Source: Bacteroidaceae bacterium (lineage in GTDB: Bacteria; Bacillota; Clostridia; Lachnospirales; Lachnospiraceae). Taken from it: a stretch of 64,000 nt of DNA. Shown piece by piece: positions 28,516 through 37,556 of the stretch (positions within the stretch are counted from its first letter, which is position 1; every line of letters starts with the position of its first letter). The position numbers and the translations under genes were made by a program. The notes under the pieces were generated by a model. It searched no databases. It was not told where the DNA came from and saw nothing but the letters and a program-made list of their open reading frames with translations. Location of the stretch: positions 1,482-65,481 of the forward strand of contig CAVFXN010000003.1 of assembly GCA_963626755.1 (NCBI GenBank), written 5' to 3'.

Positions 28516-29502
28516 TTATTTTTGATCTGCCGTCACATTCTCCTCATCAGAGGCGATATCATCGGAGGCTAATTCTTTGATCGAAGAAACCAGCCCGGCC
28601 AGTCCCTGGATCTCTGACGGAATAATAATCTTCGTTGCCTTTCCGTCTGCTGCCCTTTCAAAGGCTTCCAGTGATTTCAGACGGAGAACGGCCTCATCCG
28701 CCCCGGCTTCTTTAATCGCTTTCAGACCGTCTGCTGTTGCCTGCTGTACTTTCAAAATCGCCTCTGCCTTACCTTCTGCCTCACGGATCGTCGCTTCTTT
28801 TTTGGCTTCCGCATTCAGGATTGCCGAAGCCTTCTCTGCCTCTGCCTCCAGAATCATCGATTCTTTATGACCCTCTGCACGGAGGATGGAAGATTTCTTT
28901 TCTCCTTCCGCACGCAGGATCGCTTCACGGCGTTCCCTCTCCGCTTTCATCTGTTTCTCCATCGCATTCTGGATCTCCGTCGGCGGGATAATATTTTTCA
29001 GTTCCACACGGTTGACCTTAATCCCCCACGGATCCGTTGCCTCATCCAATGTCGCACGCATCTGTGTGTTGATCGTCTCTCTCGATGTCAATGTGGCATC
29101 CAGCTCCAGATCACCAATGATGTTACGCAGGGTGGTTGCTGTGAGGTTCTCGATCGCCATGATCGGGTTATCCACACCATAAGCGTAAAGCTTTGGATCG
29201 GTAATCTGATAATATACTACCGTATCAATACGCATGGTAACATTATCCTTTGTAATGACTGGCTGCGGTGCAAAATCGACTACCTGCTCTTTTAAAAGTA
29301 CTTTCTTTGCGACACGGTCCAAAAAAGGCACCTTGAAATGCAGTCCTACCGACCAGGTTCCCTGATAGGCTCCCAGTCTTTCAATAACATATGCATGTGC
29401 CTGTGGAACAATGCGCACGCAGGATGTGAGAATATAAATGACTAATATAATTAATAGAATAATGAAAATAATTGCTAACATGAATGATGCCTCCTGTTCC
29501 AT
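28516..29502 (-). CDS. SPFH/band 7 membrane protein (QmcA-like)
   Basis: VITKDNV, LRNIIG, WGIKVNRVE and QMKAERERR motifs. Confidence 0.93.
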   Translation of the reverse strand: MEQEASFMLAIIFIILLIILVIYILTSCVRIVPQAHAYVIERLGAYQGTWSVGLHFKVPFLDRVAKKVLLKEQVVDFAPQPVITKDNVTMRIDTVVYYQITDPKLYAYGVDNPIMAIENLTATTLRNIIGDLELDATLTSRETINTQMRATLDEATDPWGIKVNRVELKNIIPPTEIQNAMEKQMKAERERREAILRAEGEKKSSILRAEGHKESMILEAEAEKASAILNAEAKKEATIREAEGKAEAILKVQQATADGLKAIKEAGADEAVLRLKSLEAFERAADGKATKIIIPSEIQGLAGLVSSIKELASDDIASDEENVTADQK

Positions 29503-29538
29503 CTTTGTCTGCTTAGGATTGATAGCAACTGATTTATA

Positions 29539-30021
29539 TCAACTCTTTTGCCCAGAGTTTTCTTTTTCCATTCTGCGGTCTCCCAGATCATCGACCGGCT
29601 CCACAATCACCTTCACTCCGGAGATCTCCCGCACCTTCACCTTTTCTCCCTCAAAAAGAATCCAATCATCCGAAACACTTCTTGCAGTCCAGACCTGGCC
29701 CCTGACCTTGACCTGACCTTTTGCTCTCAGATTATCGATCTCTTCTGTCACAAGACCGATCTGCCCGATCAGGCTGTCTACATTGGTCTTCACCGTTTTA
29801 TTATTCAGATATTTCTGTGCCAGCGGCCTTACCGGAATCAGAATAACAATGGATACTACGATGAAAGCGACCATCTGGCTCCACAATGGAAGGGAAAATC
29901 TTGCCATTGCCGCAGCGACCAGGGAACCTCCGGCGAACCATATGCTCGTCATTCCCATTGTCAGGATTTCAATTACAATAAACACGGCTGCTGCCACCAG
30001 CCAATAGATTGCTAGCATCAT
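29539..30021 (-). CDS. NfeD family protein
   Basis: Three TMs plus an OB-fold (GQVKVRGQVWTARS); adjacent to the SPFH gene. Confidence 0.9.
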   Translation of the reverse strand: MMLAIYWLVAAAVFIVIEILTMGMTSIWFAGGSLVAAAMARFSLPLWSQMVAFIVVSIVILIPVRPLAQKYLNNKTVKTNVDSLIGQIGLVTEEIDNLRAKGQVKVRGQVWTARSVSDDWILFEGEKVKVREISGVKVIVEPVDDLGDRRMEKENSGQKS

Positions 30022-30050
30022 TCTTCCACCTTTCTTTCCATATCAGATCT

Positions 30051-30596
30051 CTATATCTTATGGCATACTTCCAGATAGACGATCACTTCTTCCAGTCTGT
30101 CAAACATGGTATAGAGCATACGGTTCCTTTCCGGAATAAAATGCTCCTCTACGCCAAGCTGAACCGCTTCCTGCAGTTTATTGAAATAGCCATTGATATT
30201 ATAAACCGCCATCGGCTTGCGCTGGATCCGGAGGGACTTTAGCACGATCGTCTCAAACAACTCATCAAAGGTTCCCAATCCGCCCGGCAGAATAATGAAG
30301 GCATCACTTTTTTCTTCCAGAAGCTGCTTTCTCTGCCGTATCGTTTCTGTCTGTATCAATTCATCACAGTCCGGAAATACATCCGTTTTGAGATTGGAAA
30401 AAGCAGGGATGATCCCGATGACCTTTCCGCCTGCCCTTTTCACTCCGCGGGCTGTCGCCCCCATCAGGCCATGGGCACCTCCGCCAAAGACGATCACATG
30501 TCCTCTTTTTGCCAGGGCTTCTCCCAGTCTTTCACTTTTTTCTATATAGACTGGTTTGATATCTTTTGCCGCAGAACCATAAATACAAATGTTCAT
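30051..30596 (-). CDS. LOG family (TIGR00730) nucleotide phosphoribohydrolase
   Basis: FGGGAHGLMG, RK and PGGLGTFDE motifs; promoter TTGAAT-N17-TATAAT at 30648-30676. Confidence 0.9.
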   Translation of the reverse strand: MNICIYGSAAKDIKPVYIEKSERLGEALAKRGHVIVFGGGAHGLMGATARGVKRAGGKVIGIIPAFSNLKTDVFPDCDELIQTETIRQRKQLLEEKSDAFIILPGGLGTFDELFETIVLKSLRIQRKPMAVYNINGYFNKLQEAVQLGVEEHFIPERNRMLYTMFDRLEEVIVYLEVCHKI

Positions 30597-30815
30597 TCGA
30601 TCCCTCCTCATCCCCATCATCTGTCTAACCTTTTCTTCTCTATTGTCATTATAATCGAAAAAATAATTTTATTCAATGTCTTTTCTATGATACTCAGGTA
30701 AAATCTTCTTTACTGTAAATTACCTTGTATTTTCCTTCTCTTTTCTGTATAATGTATAACATATTTTGACAAAGAACCGTTCGTGTCCACAATCAAACAA
30801 AAAAGGGAGGAAATT

Positions 30816-31280
30816 ATGTCATACGAATTCGACCCGAACCATCAGCCTTCGGAAGATTATCAGCCAAATACAGAATCTACGACCCCGCAACGTCCCAATG
30901 GATATGATCCGGATTACTACAGAAACCGGCCATCCAGACCCCCGGAAAAAGGAAAAGGACTGGCAACCGCCTCCCTGATCCTTGGCATTGTTTCCCTTGT
31001 GATGATCTTTACCTGCTGTCTGGCCTATTTTTCGATCATTCCTGCCATTGCCGGTATCATCTGTGGTGTCCTTTCCAAAAATAATGAAGAGAAGAAAAGT
31101 TCTTATGCCATCGCCGGTATCATCTGTTCCGTTGTTGCCACAGTGCTTTTCATCCTGATTCTCGCCATCACGATCTTTTTCATCGGAAATTCCAGCGATT
31201 ATATCAATGGCCGTACCTTCTCTTTGACCAACCCATTTGAATATACTTTACCTAGTGAAAACAGCTCCGATACTTTATAA
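30816..31280 (+). CDS. DUF4190-like membrane protein
   Basis: Pro/Tyr-rich N-terminus, GLATASLILGIVSL and AIAGIICS; GGGAGG RBS; promoter TTGTAT-N17-TATAAT at 30725-30753. Confidence 0.75.
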   Translation: MSYEFDPNHQPSEDYQPNTESTTPQRPNGYDPDYYRNRPSRPPEKGKGLATASLILGIVSLVMIFTCCLAYFSIIPAIAGIICGVLSKNNEEKKSSYAIAGIICSVVATVLFILILAITIFFIGNSSDYINGRTFSLTNPFEYTLPSENSSDTL

Positions 31281-31387
31281 TATACTATATCGGTTGATTG
31301 GAATCTTGTAAATATTGCCGAATTTTTTAAGGAGTTTTCCTTATATTTTATGTCGATTTTTTTCTGAAATTGTATTATAATAGGAAA

Positions 31388-31512
31388 AGATTAACTCCCT
31401 TCACACTTTATGAACGGAATTAATCACTATACTTTGCATAACAGGAAGAGAGGGATGCCTTTCCACTTCGACTTCGTTGATCGTGGAAAGCCACTCCCTC
31501 TCTTTCTGTTCT
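31388..31512 (+). ncRNA. Candidate small RNA (5' hairpin, linker, long 3' hairpin)
   Basis: TATAAT at 31376-31381; hairpins at 31389-31425 and 31440-31510; G-U pairs favour the plus strand. Confidence 0.45.
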
Positions 31513-31543
31513 CCGTTTTGTCTGTAACAGGAAACTTTCGTTC

Positions 31544-32518
31544 CTATTCGTCTTTGAGCCAGTGGGCTACATCTAAGGCATGATAGGTGATAATCATGTG
31601 TGCCCCAGCCCTCTTCATACCGATCATGTTCTCCATGACGATCTTCTTTTCATCAATCCATCCGTTGGCAGCAGCCGCTTTTACCATGGAATATTCACCG
31701 CTGACATTGTAAGCGCAAAGAGGCATGTCTGTCTCCATAGAAGCTGTTTTTAAAATATCAAGGAAAGCCAGTGCCGGTTTTACGATGATAATGTCTGCTC
31801 CTTCTTCGATATCATCATAAATATCACGCATCGCCTCCCTGGCATTGTGATAATCCATCTGATAGGTCTTCCGGTCGCCAAATCCCGGTGCAGAATGAGC
31901 GGCATCGCGGAACGGGCCATAGTAACCGGATGCCATCTTGGCACTGTAGGCCATGATCGGGGTCATGGCAAATCCTGCTTCATCCAAAGCTTCCCGGATG
32001 GCAGCGACATGTCCGTCCATCATATTGGATGGTGCCACCATATCAGCTCCTGCCTGGGCGCAGGTTACGGCTGTTTTCGCTAACAGCGGCAGTGTCTCAT
32101 CATTTAAGATAATTCCATTGCTGATCACGCCGCAGTGTCCGTGGGAAGTATATTCACAAAGACAGATATCTGCAATGACTACCAGCTCTGGAAATACTTT
32201 CTTGATGTAGCGGATCGCTTCCTGGATAATCCCGTGTTCATTATATGCCTCACTCCCACATTCATCTTTATGGGCCGGGATTCCAAAGAGGAGCACCCCT
32301 TTGATTCCTGCCTCCCGGATGCGGGAGAGTTCCTCGTCCAGACGGTCAATGGAATATTGGTAAATGCCCGGCATGGAATCAATTGGGTTCTTTATGTTTT
32401 CCCCTTCGATCACAAATACCGGATAAATCAGATCGGACACACTGACAGAGGTTTCCCGGACCAGTGCCCTCAGATTCTCCGACTGACGCAGACGTCTTCT
32501 TCTAATCACATCGATCAC
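31544..32518 (-). CDS. hemB: Porphobilinogen synthase
   Basis: DICLCEYTSHGHCG, YGPFRDA, IVKPA and AYNVSGEY motifs. Confidence 0.97.
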   Translation of the reverse strand: MIDVIRRRRLRQSENLRALVRETSVSVSDLIYPVFVIEGENIKNPIDSMPGIYQYSIDRLDEELSRIREAGIKGVLLFGIPAHKDECGSEAYNEHGIIQEAIRYIKKVFPELVVIADICLCEYTSHGHCGVISNGIILNDETLPLLAKTAVTCAQAGADMVAPSNMMDGHVAAIREALDEAGFAMTPIMAYSAKMASGYYGPFRDAAHSAPGFGDRKTYQMDYHNAREAMRDIYDDIEEGADIIIVKPALAFLDILKTASMETDMPLCAYNVSGEYSMVKAAAANGWIDEKKIVMENMIGMKRAGAHMIITYHALDVAHWLKDE

Positions 32519-32598
32519 TCCTTTTTCTTTCCGTGTTATGGCAACGGTTCCAAACTCATGCGCAAAATGCTTCTTTCATGCTCTGGGATCGTTCTGTG

Positions 32599-33210
32599 TT
32601 ATCTATGTTTGATAATTTGGGTTACTTCTTCCTCCGTAAGGATCCGTTCCGCGCAAAATGCTTCTTTGGCAACGGTTTTCAGAATCCTTCTCCGCTCGTT
32701 TTCTTCCTGGATCTCCGTCTTCACACGCTTTCGGATCTCTCCCATCCAATCGGAGATATCCGCATAACAATCCGGGATTACCTTCTCGATTTCTTCCCGG
32801 AGTTTCTTTGAAACAGCCGGACTTCCGGTTCCACTATTGATTCCGATACTGATCTCCCCTTTGCGGACGATGGCAGGAAAAAAAAAGCTGGATTCTTCCG
32901 GGGAATCGGCAACATTGACCGGGATTCCATATTGATGGCAAAGCCTGGATATCCTGTGGTTTTGTTCCCGGCTGCTGGTCGCGGCCACCACAAGGAAGGC
33001 TTCCCGGATTTCTTTTTCATGGATCTGCCCAAAACGCAGACTTTCTTTGGGAAGGGTGTTCCGGAGCTCTTCACATATCTCTTCCGAGACTACCCTGACC
33101 GCCGCCCCGTATTTTAGCAGGGTCTTCACCTTCCGGCATGCCACATTTCCTCCCCCTGCCACCAGGCAGCATCGGTTGCTGATATCGGTAAATAACGGAA
33201 AATATGCCAT
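32599..33210 (-). CDS. sirC: Precorrin-2 dehydrogenase (SirC/CysG N-terminal-like)
   Basis: YFPLF, VAGGGNVACRK, VNVAD and SPAVSKKLR motifs. Confidence 0.85.
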   Translation of the reverse strand: MAYFPLFTDISNRCCLVAGGGNVACRKVKTLLKYGAAVRVVSEEICEELRNTLPKESLRFGQIHEKEIREAFLVVAATSSREQNHRISRLCHQYGIPVNVADSPEESSFFFPAIVRKGEISIGINSGTGSPAVSKKLREEIEKVIPDCYADISDWMGEIRKRVKTEIQEENERRRILKTVAKEAFCAERILTEEEVTQIIKHR

Positions 33211-33212
33211 AA

Positions 33213-33785
33213 TTACATTTCGATCCCTAATCGGGAACTGACTCCCTCATCAAATGGATGTTTTCTTTTACAAATTTCAGAAACATAGTTTGCGTGGGCT
33301 TTCAGGGCCTCAGACGGATTCCGCCCGGACATGACCACTTCCAGGGAATATGGTTTTTCTTCCAGACATTTAATCAGTTTTTCTTCACTTAACAGATGGG
33401 CGTCGACGGCGTAGACACTCTCATCCATGACAAGCATGTCATAATCTTTCGCCATTTCGAACAGCTTTTCTAAGATGGCATCATTCGATTCATGAAGATC
33501 CATGAGTTCCTTCTCCGTCATCTGGAATGTGAATTTTTCAATTTCTTCTCCCGCCACGGCTGTGATTTCCGGGATGCTGTCCAGAATCCTTCTCTCACTG
33601 GAACTATTGTTTTTCAAAAACTGATAAAATAAGACTTTCTTCCCGCTGCCCGCTGCACGGATGGTCAGCCCGACACAGCAGGTCGTCTTTCCTTTTCCGT
33701 CGCCACAGTAAATGTGCACCAGTCCCCGTCCGGTCTTATCATCAGGTTTGCCTCCGCAGCGTACCACTTCTTCTTTTTTATCCAT
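33213..33785 (-). CDS. cobO: Cob(I)yrinic acid a,c-diamide adenosyltransferase (CobO/BtuR)
   Basis: GDGKGKTT, QFLK, MDE, SGR and HPF motifs; start is 33785 or 33791. Confidence 0.9.
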   Translation of the reverse strand: MDKKEEVVRCGGKPDDKTGRGLVHIYCGDGKGKTTCCVGLTIRAAGSGKKVLFYQFLKNNSSSERRILDSIPEITAVAGEEIEKFTFQMTEKELMDLHESNDAILEKLFEMAKDYDMLVMDESVYAVDAHLLSEEKLIKCLEEKPYSLEVVMSGRNPSEALKAHANYVSEICKRKHPFDEGVSSRLGIEM

Positions 33786-35304
33786 TGTCATTTTCCTCCC
33801 TGTTTTTCTCTTTTGCATCTTTTCCAAATAAAGCACGATAAATGGCATCCATGTCAATGCTTCTTCGAATCAGGTCTGCCAGTTTATTATACTGTATTTC
33901 TTTATATTCTGCCACACTCAGATGATTTTGGGAAGGATGAATTCCTTTTTCTTCCATAATATCATGTACCAGTCCGAAAATAAATTCTTCATTATCAAAA
34001 ATCCCATGAAGATAGCTGCCCCAGATCCTTCCATCCGGTGTCATATATCCATCAGTTCTTCCGTCTTCTAACTCGATCATCGGAACCGCACCGCCCAGAT
34101 TCTGGGTTGTTCCCATATGGATTTCATAGCCTTCCAGGGTACGGTCGGTCACTCCATAAATATTGTGCTCTTCCAGTAAAGTTCCCTGAATGCGAGTTCT
34201 GGTCTTGGCCTGCTGGAATACCGTAGAGGTGTCGAGAAGTCCCAGTCCCCTGATGCTTCCCCCATGTTCCACCCCTTCCGGATCATGGAGAGTCTTGCCG
34301 AGAAGCTGGAAGCCGCCGCAGATCCCAATCACCCTCGTCGTCCTTGCCGCCCGGATGATTGCTCCCTCCAATCCGCTCTCGATCAGCCATTCCATATCAC
34401 TCATGGTATTTTTGGTTCCGGGGAGTAAGATCAGATCCGGATCTCCCAGTTCTTTTTTATCCGTCACATAGCGAAGGGAGACTCCGTCAATCAGCTCAAA
34501 TACACTGAAATCAGTAAAATTAGAAATATGTGGAAGGCGGATCACTGCCACGTCAATTCCCTCGGTAATGACTTTTTGATTGAGACGGTCGGAAAGACTG
34601 TCCTCATCATCGATATCGATTTTTTCCATCGGAATCACACCGAGGACCGGTTTGCCAGTGAGTTCTTCCAGCATCTTAAGTCCCGGTTTTAAGATTTCCA
34701 CATCCCCGCGGAATTTATTGATCACAATGCCGCAAAACATATCCTGTTCGTCCTGCGGCAGAAGTTTGATCGTCCCGTAGGCGGAAGCAAACACACCTCC
34801 CCTGTCGATATCGGCAACCAGGATGACTGGTGCATTTGCCATTTTGGCCATTCCCATATTGACAATATCATTTTCTGCCAGATTGATTTCCGCCGGCGAC
34901 CCGGCTCCCTCAATGACGATAATGTCATTTTCGTCCGAGAGATGCTCAAAGGCTTTCATAATTTCCGGGGCCAGCTGGTTTTTGATTTTATAATAATCCT
35001 GCGCACTCAGGTTATCGTAGACTTCTCCATTGACAATTACCTGGGACCCCATGTTGCTGGTCGGTTTGAGCAAAATAGGGTTCATCCAGTGGGTCGGTTC
35101 AATCATTGCTGCTTCCGCCTGCATGGCCTGTGCCCTTCCGATTTCCAGTCCTTCCTTTGTGATATAGGAATTCAGGGCCATATTCTGTGATTTAAACGGG
35201 GCCACCCGATAGCCATCCTGTTTCAAAACCCGGCACAATCCGGCTGTCACAAAGGTTTTACCCGAGTTTGACATGGTTCCCTGCACCATAATTGCTTTCG
35301 CCAT
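33778..35304 (-). CDS. cobQ: Cobyric acid synthase
   Basis: GTMSNSGKT, PFKSQNMALNS, EGAGSPAEINL, ICGGFQ and YLHG motifs. Confidence 0.96.
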   Translation of the reverse strand: MAKAIMVQGTMSNSGKTFVTAGLCRVLKQDGYRVAPFKSQNMALNSYITKEGLEIGRAQAMQAEAAMIEPTHWMNPILLKPTSNMGSQVIVNGEVYDNLSAQDYYKIKNQLAPEIMKAFEHLSDENDIIVIEGAGSPAEINLAENDIVNMGMAKMANAPVILVADIDRGGVFASAYGTIKLLPQDEQDMFCGIVINKFRGDVEILKPGLKMLEELTGKPVLGVIPMEKIDIDDEDSLSDRLNQKVITEGIDVAVIRLPHISNFTDFSVFELIDGVSLRYVTDKKELGDPDLILLPGTKNTMSDMEWLIESGLEGAIIRAARTTRVIGICGGFQLLGKTLHDPEGVEHGGSIRGLGLLDTSTVFQQAKTRTRIQGTLLEEHNIYGVTDRTLEGYEIHMGTTQNLGGAVPMIELEDGRTDGYMTPDGRIWGSYLHGIFDNEEFIFGLVHDIMEEKGIHPSQNHLSVAEYKEIQYNKLADLIRRSIDMDAIYRALFGKDAKEKNREENDNG

Positions 35305-35335
35305 TCTTTTTCCCCTTTCTATTCTGCTTTTTGTT

Positions 35336-36472
35336 TTACTCCGATCCGGAACGGTACCTGTCTGCGAAAGCAGACCCGAATCCGGTGTGCAAGACTCGCG
35401 GACAAGTCTTGAAAATTGTTTTCAGTTCTCCAATGAGCCTTTCATTTTCCGGATGGGATTTCACGGCGATTCTCCAGTAGTCTTTTCCCAGATTGACATA
35501 ATTACTGCAATTTCGGATCATGATCCCACGCTGTTCCAGTCTTTTGTCCAGATCCTCCATTCCCGGCACACGGAAAAAGAGATAATTTGCGTTTCCGTCA
35601 TACAAAAGTAACGGCAGTTTTTTCAACTCTCCCTTCATATAGGAGAGTTCCTGTGCGACTGTCCGGATCACCTGCTGTTTATATTCTGTATGTTCCAGGG
35701 CGGCCACGCCGGCACACTGGGCGATATGACTCACAGACCATGCCTGTCCGGCACGGTTGATTTTCCGGAGGATCTCCTTATTTTCTGAGAGAACATATCC
35801 CAGACGCACTCCTGGAATCGCATACATTTTTGTAAAAGATTTCAAAATAATCAGATTGGTATATCGGGAAAGAAACGGCTTTACGGTATAAGCTTTCTCA
35901 TTTTGACAAATTTCCAGAAAACATTCATCGATCATGACGATGGTGCCGCTTTGCTGTGCCTTTTCCAGCACCTGAAAAATGAGACTCCTGTCGGTGAGGA
36001 TTCCCGTCGGATTATTGGGGTTACAGATTACCAGAAAATCAAGATCATCTGTGATCTGTCCTAAGATATCTTCTTTGATCGTAAAATCTTCTTCCATGAA
36101 ATAATATTCCATCCGGGTGCCCGCTGCCGATAATGCTTCCTCATATTCCACAAAGGCCGGCACCGGAATCAATGCCTTTTGGGGCTGTAAGCCGAAAGCG
36201 ATCCGATATAAAAGATCCGCCCCGCCATTGCCACAGCTGATATGTTCCGGGGATACGCCGTCTGCTTTTCCAATGGCCTCACGCAGGCTGGTGCAGTCGG
36301 GATCCGGGTAGTTCACCGTACCTTCTATGGCATGGAGCATCGCTTCTTTGATATGGTCCGGCAGACCCAACGGACTGATATTTGCAGAAAAATCCAGAAT
36401 ATCTTCCTCCCGGATTCCCATTTCCTTTGCCTTTTTATAGATATTTCCACCATGTGCATTCTTATTCATCAT
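35336..36472 (-). CDS. cobD: Threonine-phosphate decarboxylase
   Basis: HGGN, DFSANISPLG, CNPNNPTG and SFTKMYAIPGVRLGY motifs. Confidence 0.92.
   Translation of the reverse strand: MMNKNAHGGNIYKKAKEMGIREEDILDFSANISPLGLPDHIKEAMLHAIEGTVNYPDPDCTSLREAIGKADGVSPEHISCGNGGADLLYRIAFGLQPQKALIPVPAFVEYEEALSAAGTRMEYYFMEEDFTIKEDILGQITDDLDFLVICNPNNPTGILTDRSLIFQVLEKAQQSGTIVMIDECFLEICQNEKAYTVKPFLSRYTNLIILKSFTKMYAIPGVRLGYVLSENKEILRKINRAGQAWSVSHIAQCAGVAALEHTEYKQQVIRTVAQELSYMKGELKKLPLLLYDGNANYLFFRVPGMEDLDKRLEQRGIMIRNCSNYVNLGKDYWRIAVKSHPENERLIGELKTIFKTCPRVLHTGFGSAFADRYRSGSE
35341..35412 (+). repeat. Second copy of the dispersed hairpin repeat, inside the cobD 3' end
   Basis: 57/72 ungapped identity to the reverse complement of 14550-14621 (hand count). 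Confidence 0.85.
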
Positions 36473-36526
36473 CCTGTTTTTGCCTCAATCTTTTCCTCTG
36501 CTTTTGTTCTTCTTGTTTCCGTCGCC

Positions 36527-37552
36527 CTACATGCCAACCCAGTGTATGCTCCACAGAGACTGGCAAAGAAAGGTAATCCCGCAGCTGAGCAGCATGGATA
36601 GCCATGCGCTGACATAGAGAAGCTGGTTTGTTTTTTTGATATCGTTATATTCCACAGGCCGGATATCATCCCCGATCGTCGGCTTTTCTACCGGTTTCCC
36701 GAAATAGTGATGCGTTCCACCCAGCTGAATATTCAATGCGCCGGCTGCCACCGACTCTGTCTGGGCACTGTTGGGACTAAGGTGCGCCAAACGGTCCCGC
36801 CGGAAAATCTTCACCGCCCCTTTTACGTCAAACCGGAGCAAAAACGCTGCCAGGATCATCATAACTGCCGCTACTCTCGCGGGGATGAAATTACAGAGAT
36901 CATCCAGTTTTGCCGACGCGAATCCAATGTGGCGCAGCTCTTCATTTTTGTAGGCCACCATGGAATCTAACGTATTCACCGCTTTGTAGGCAAACCCCAG
37001 CGGGGCACCTCCAATGGCGATAAACAGCATCGGGGCGATGACACCGTCCGCCGTATTTTCGGCAATGGTTTCCACATCTGCCTTTGCCACTTCACTGGCA
37101 CTTAACTCTTCCGTATCCCGTCCCACTAAATAGGAGACTTCTTTTCTGGCTCCCTCCAGATCTCCTTCTTTTAATTTCCGGTAAACCTTCATGGACTCTT
37201 TTTTTAAGCTTTTTGTCGCAAGAATCTGATAAATAAAAAAGGTTTCCACACAAAATCTGAGCATCGGATGAATCCATCCTGCCACGGACAGGATTCCCAG
37301 CGTCAGAAAAAAAGTTCCGAAAACAATGACGGCAGTGAGGAGAAAACCGCAGATAGCTTCTGCCTTTTCTTTTCTCTTTCGGCCTTCCTGCTTCACTACG
37401 GCATAGCTGGTGCCGTAAATCATATACTGTAGTCCTCTTTTCATCCGGTCGATAAAGAATCCAATGATCTGAACCGGATGAAGCAGCCCGTGGGGATCTC
37501 CGAAGATCAGATCCAGGATAAATCCCAGGAGCATCGCACAAATCAACTTCAT
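36527..37552 (-). CDS. cbiB: Adenosylcobinamide-phosphate synthase
   Basis: GDP..HPV, VGRDT, ENTADG, YKAVNTLDSM and SPNS motifs. Confidence 0.95.
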   Translation of the reverse strand: MKLICAMLLGFILDLIFGDPHGLLHPVQIIGFFIDRMKRGLQYMIYGTSYAVVKQEGRKRKEKAEAICGFLLTAVIVFGTFFLTLGILSVAGWIHPMLRFCVETFFIYQILATKSLKKESMKVYRKLKEGDLEGARKEVSYLVGRDTEELSASEVAKADVETIAENTADGVIAPMLFIAIGGAPLGFAYKAVNTLDSMVAYKNEELRHIGFASAKLDDLCNFIPARVAAVMMILAAFLLRFDVKGAVKIFRRDRLAHLSPNSAQTESVAAGALNIQLGGTHHYFGKPVEKPTIGDDIRPVEYNDIKKTNQLLYVSAWLSMLLSCGITFLCQSLWSIHWVGM

Positions 37553-37556
37553 CGCA

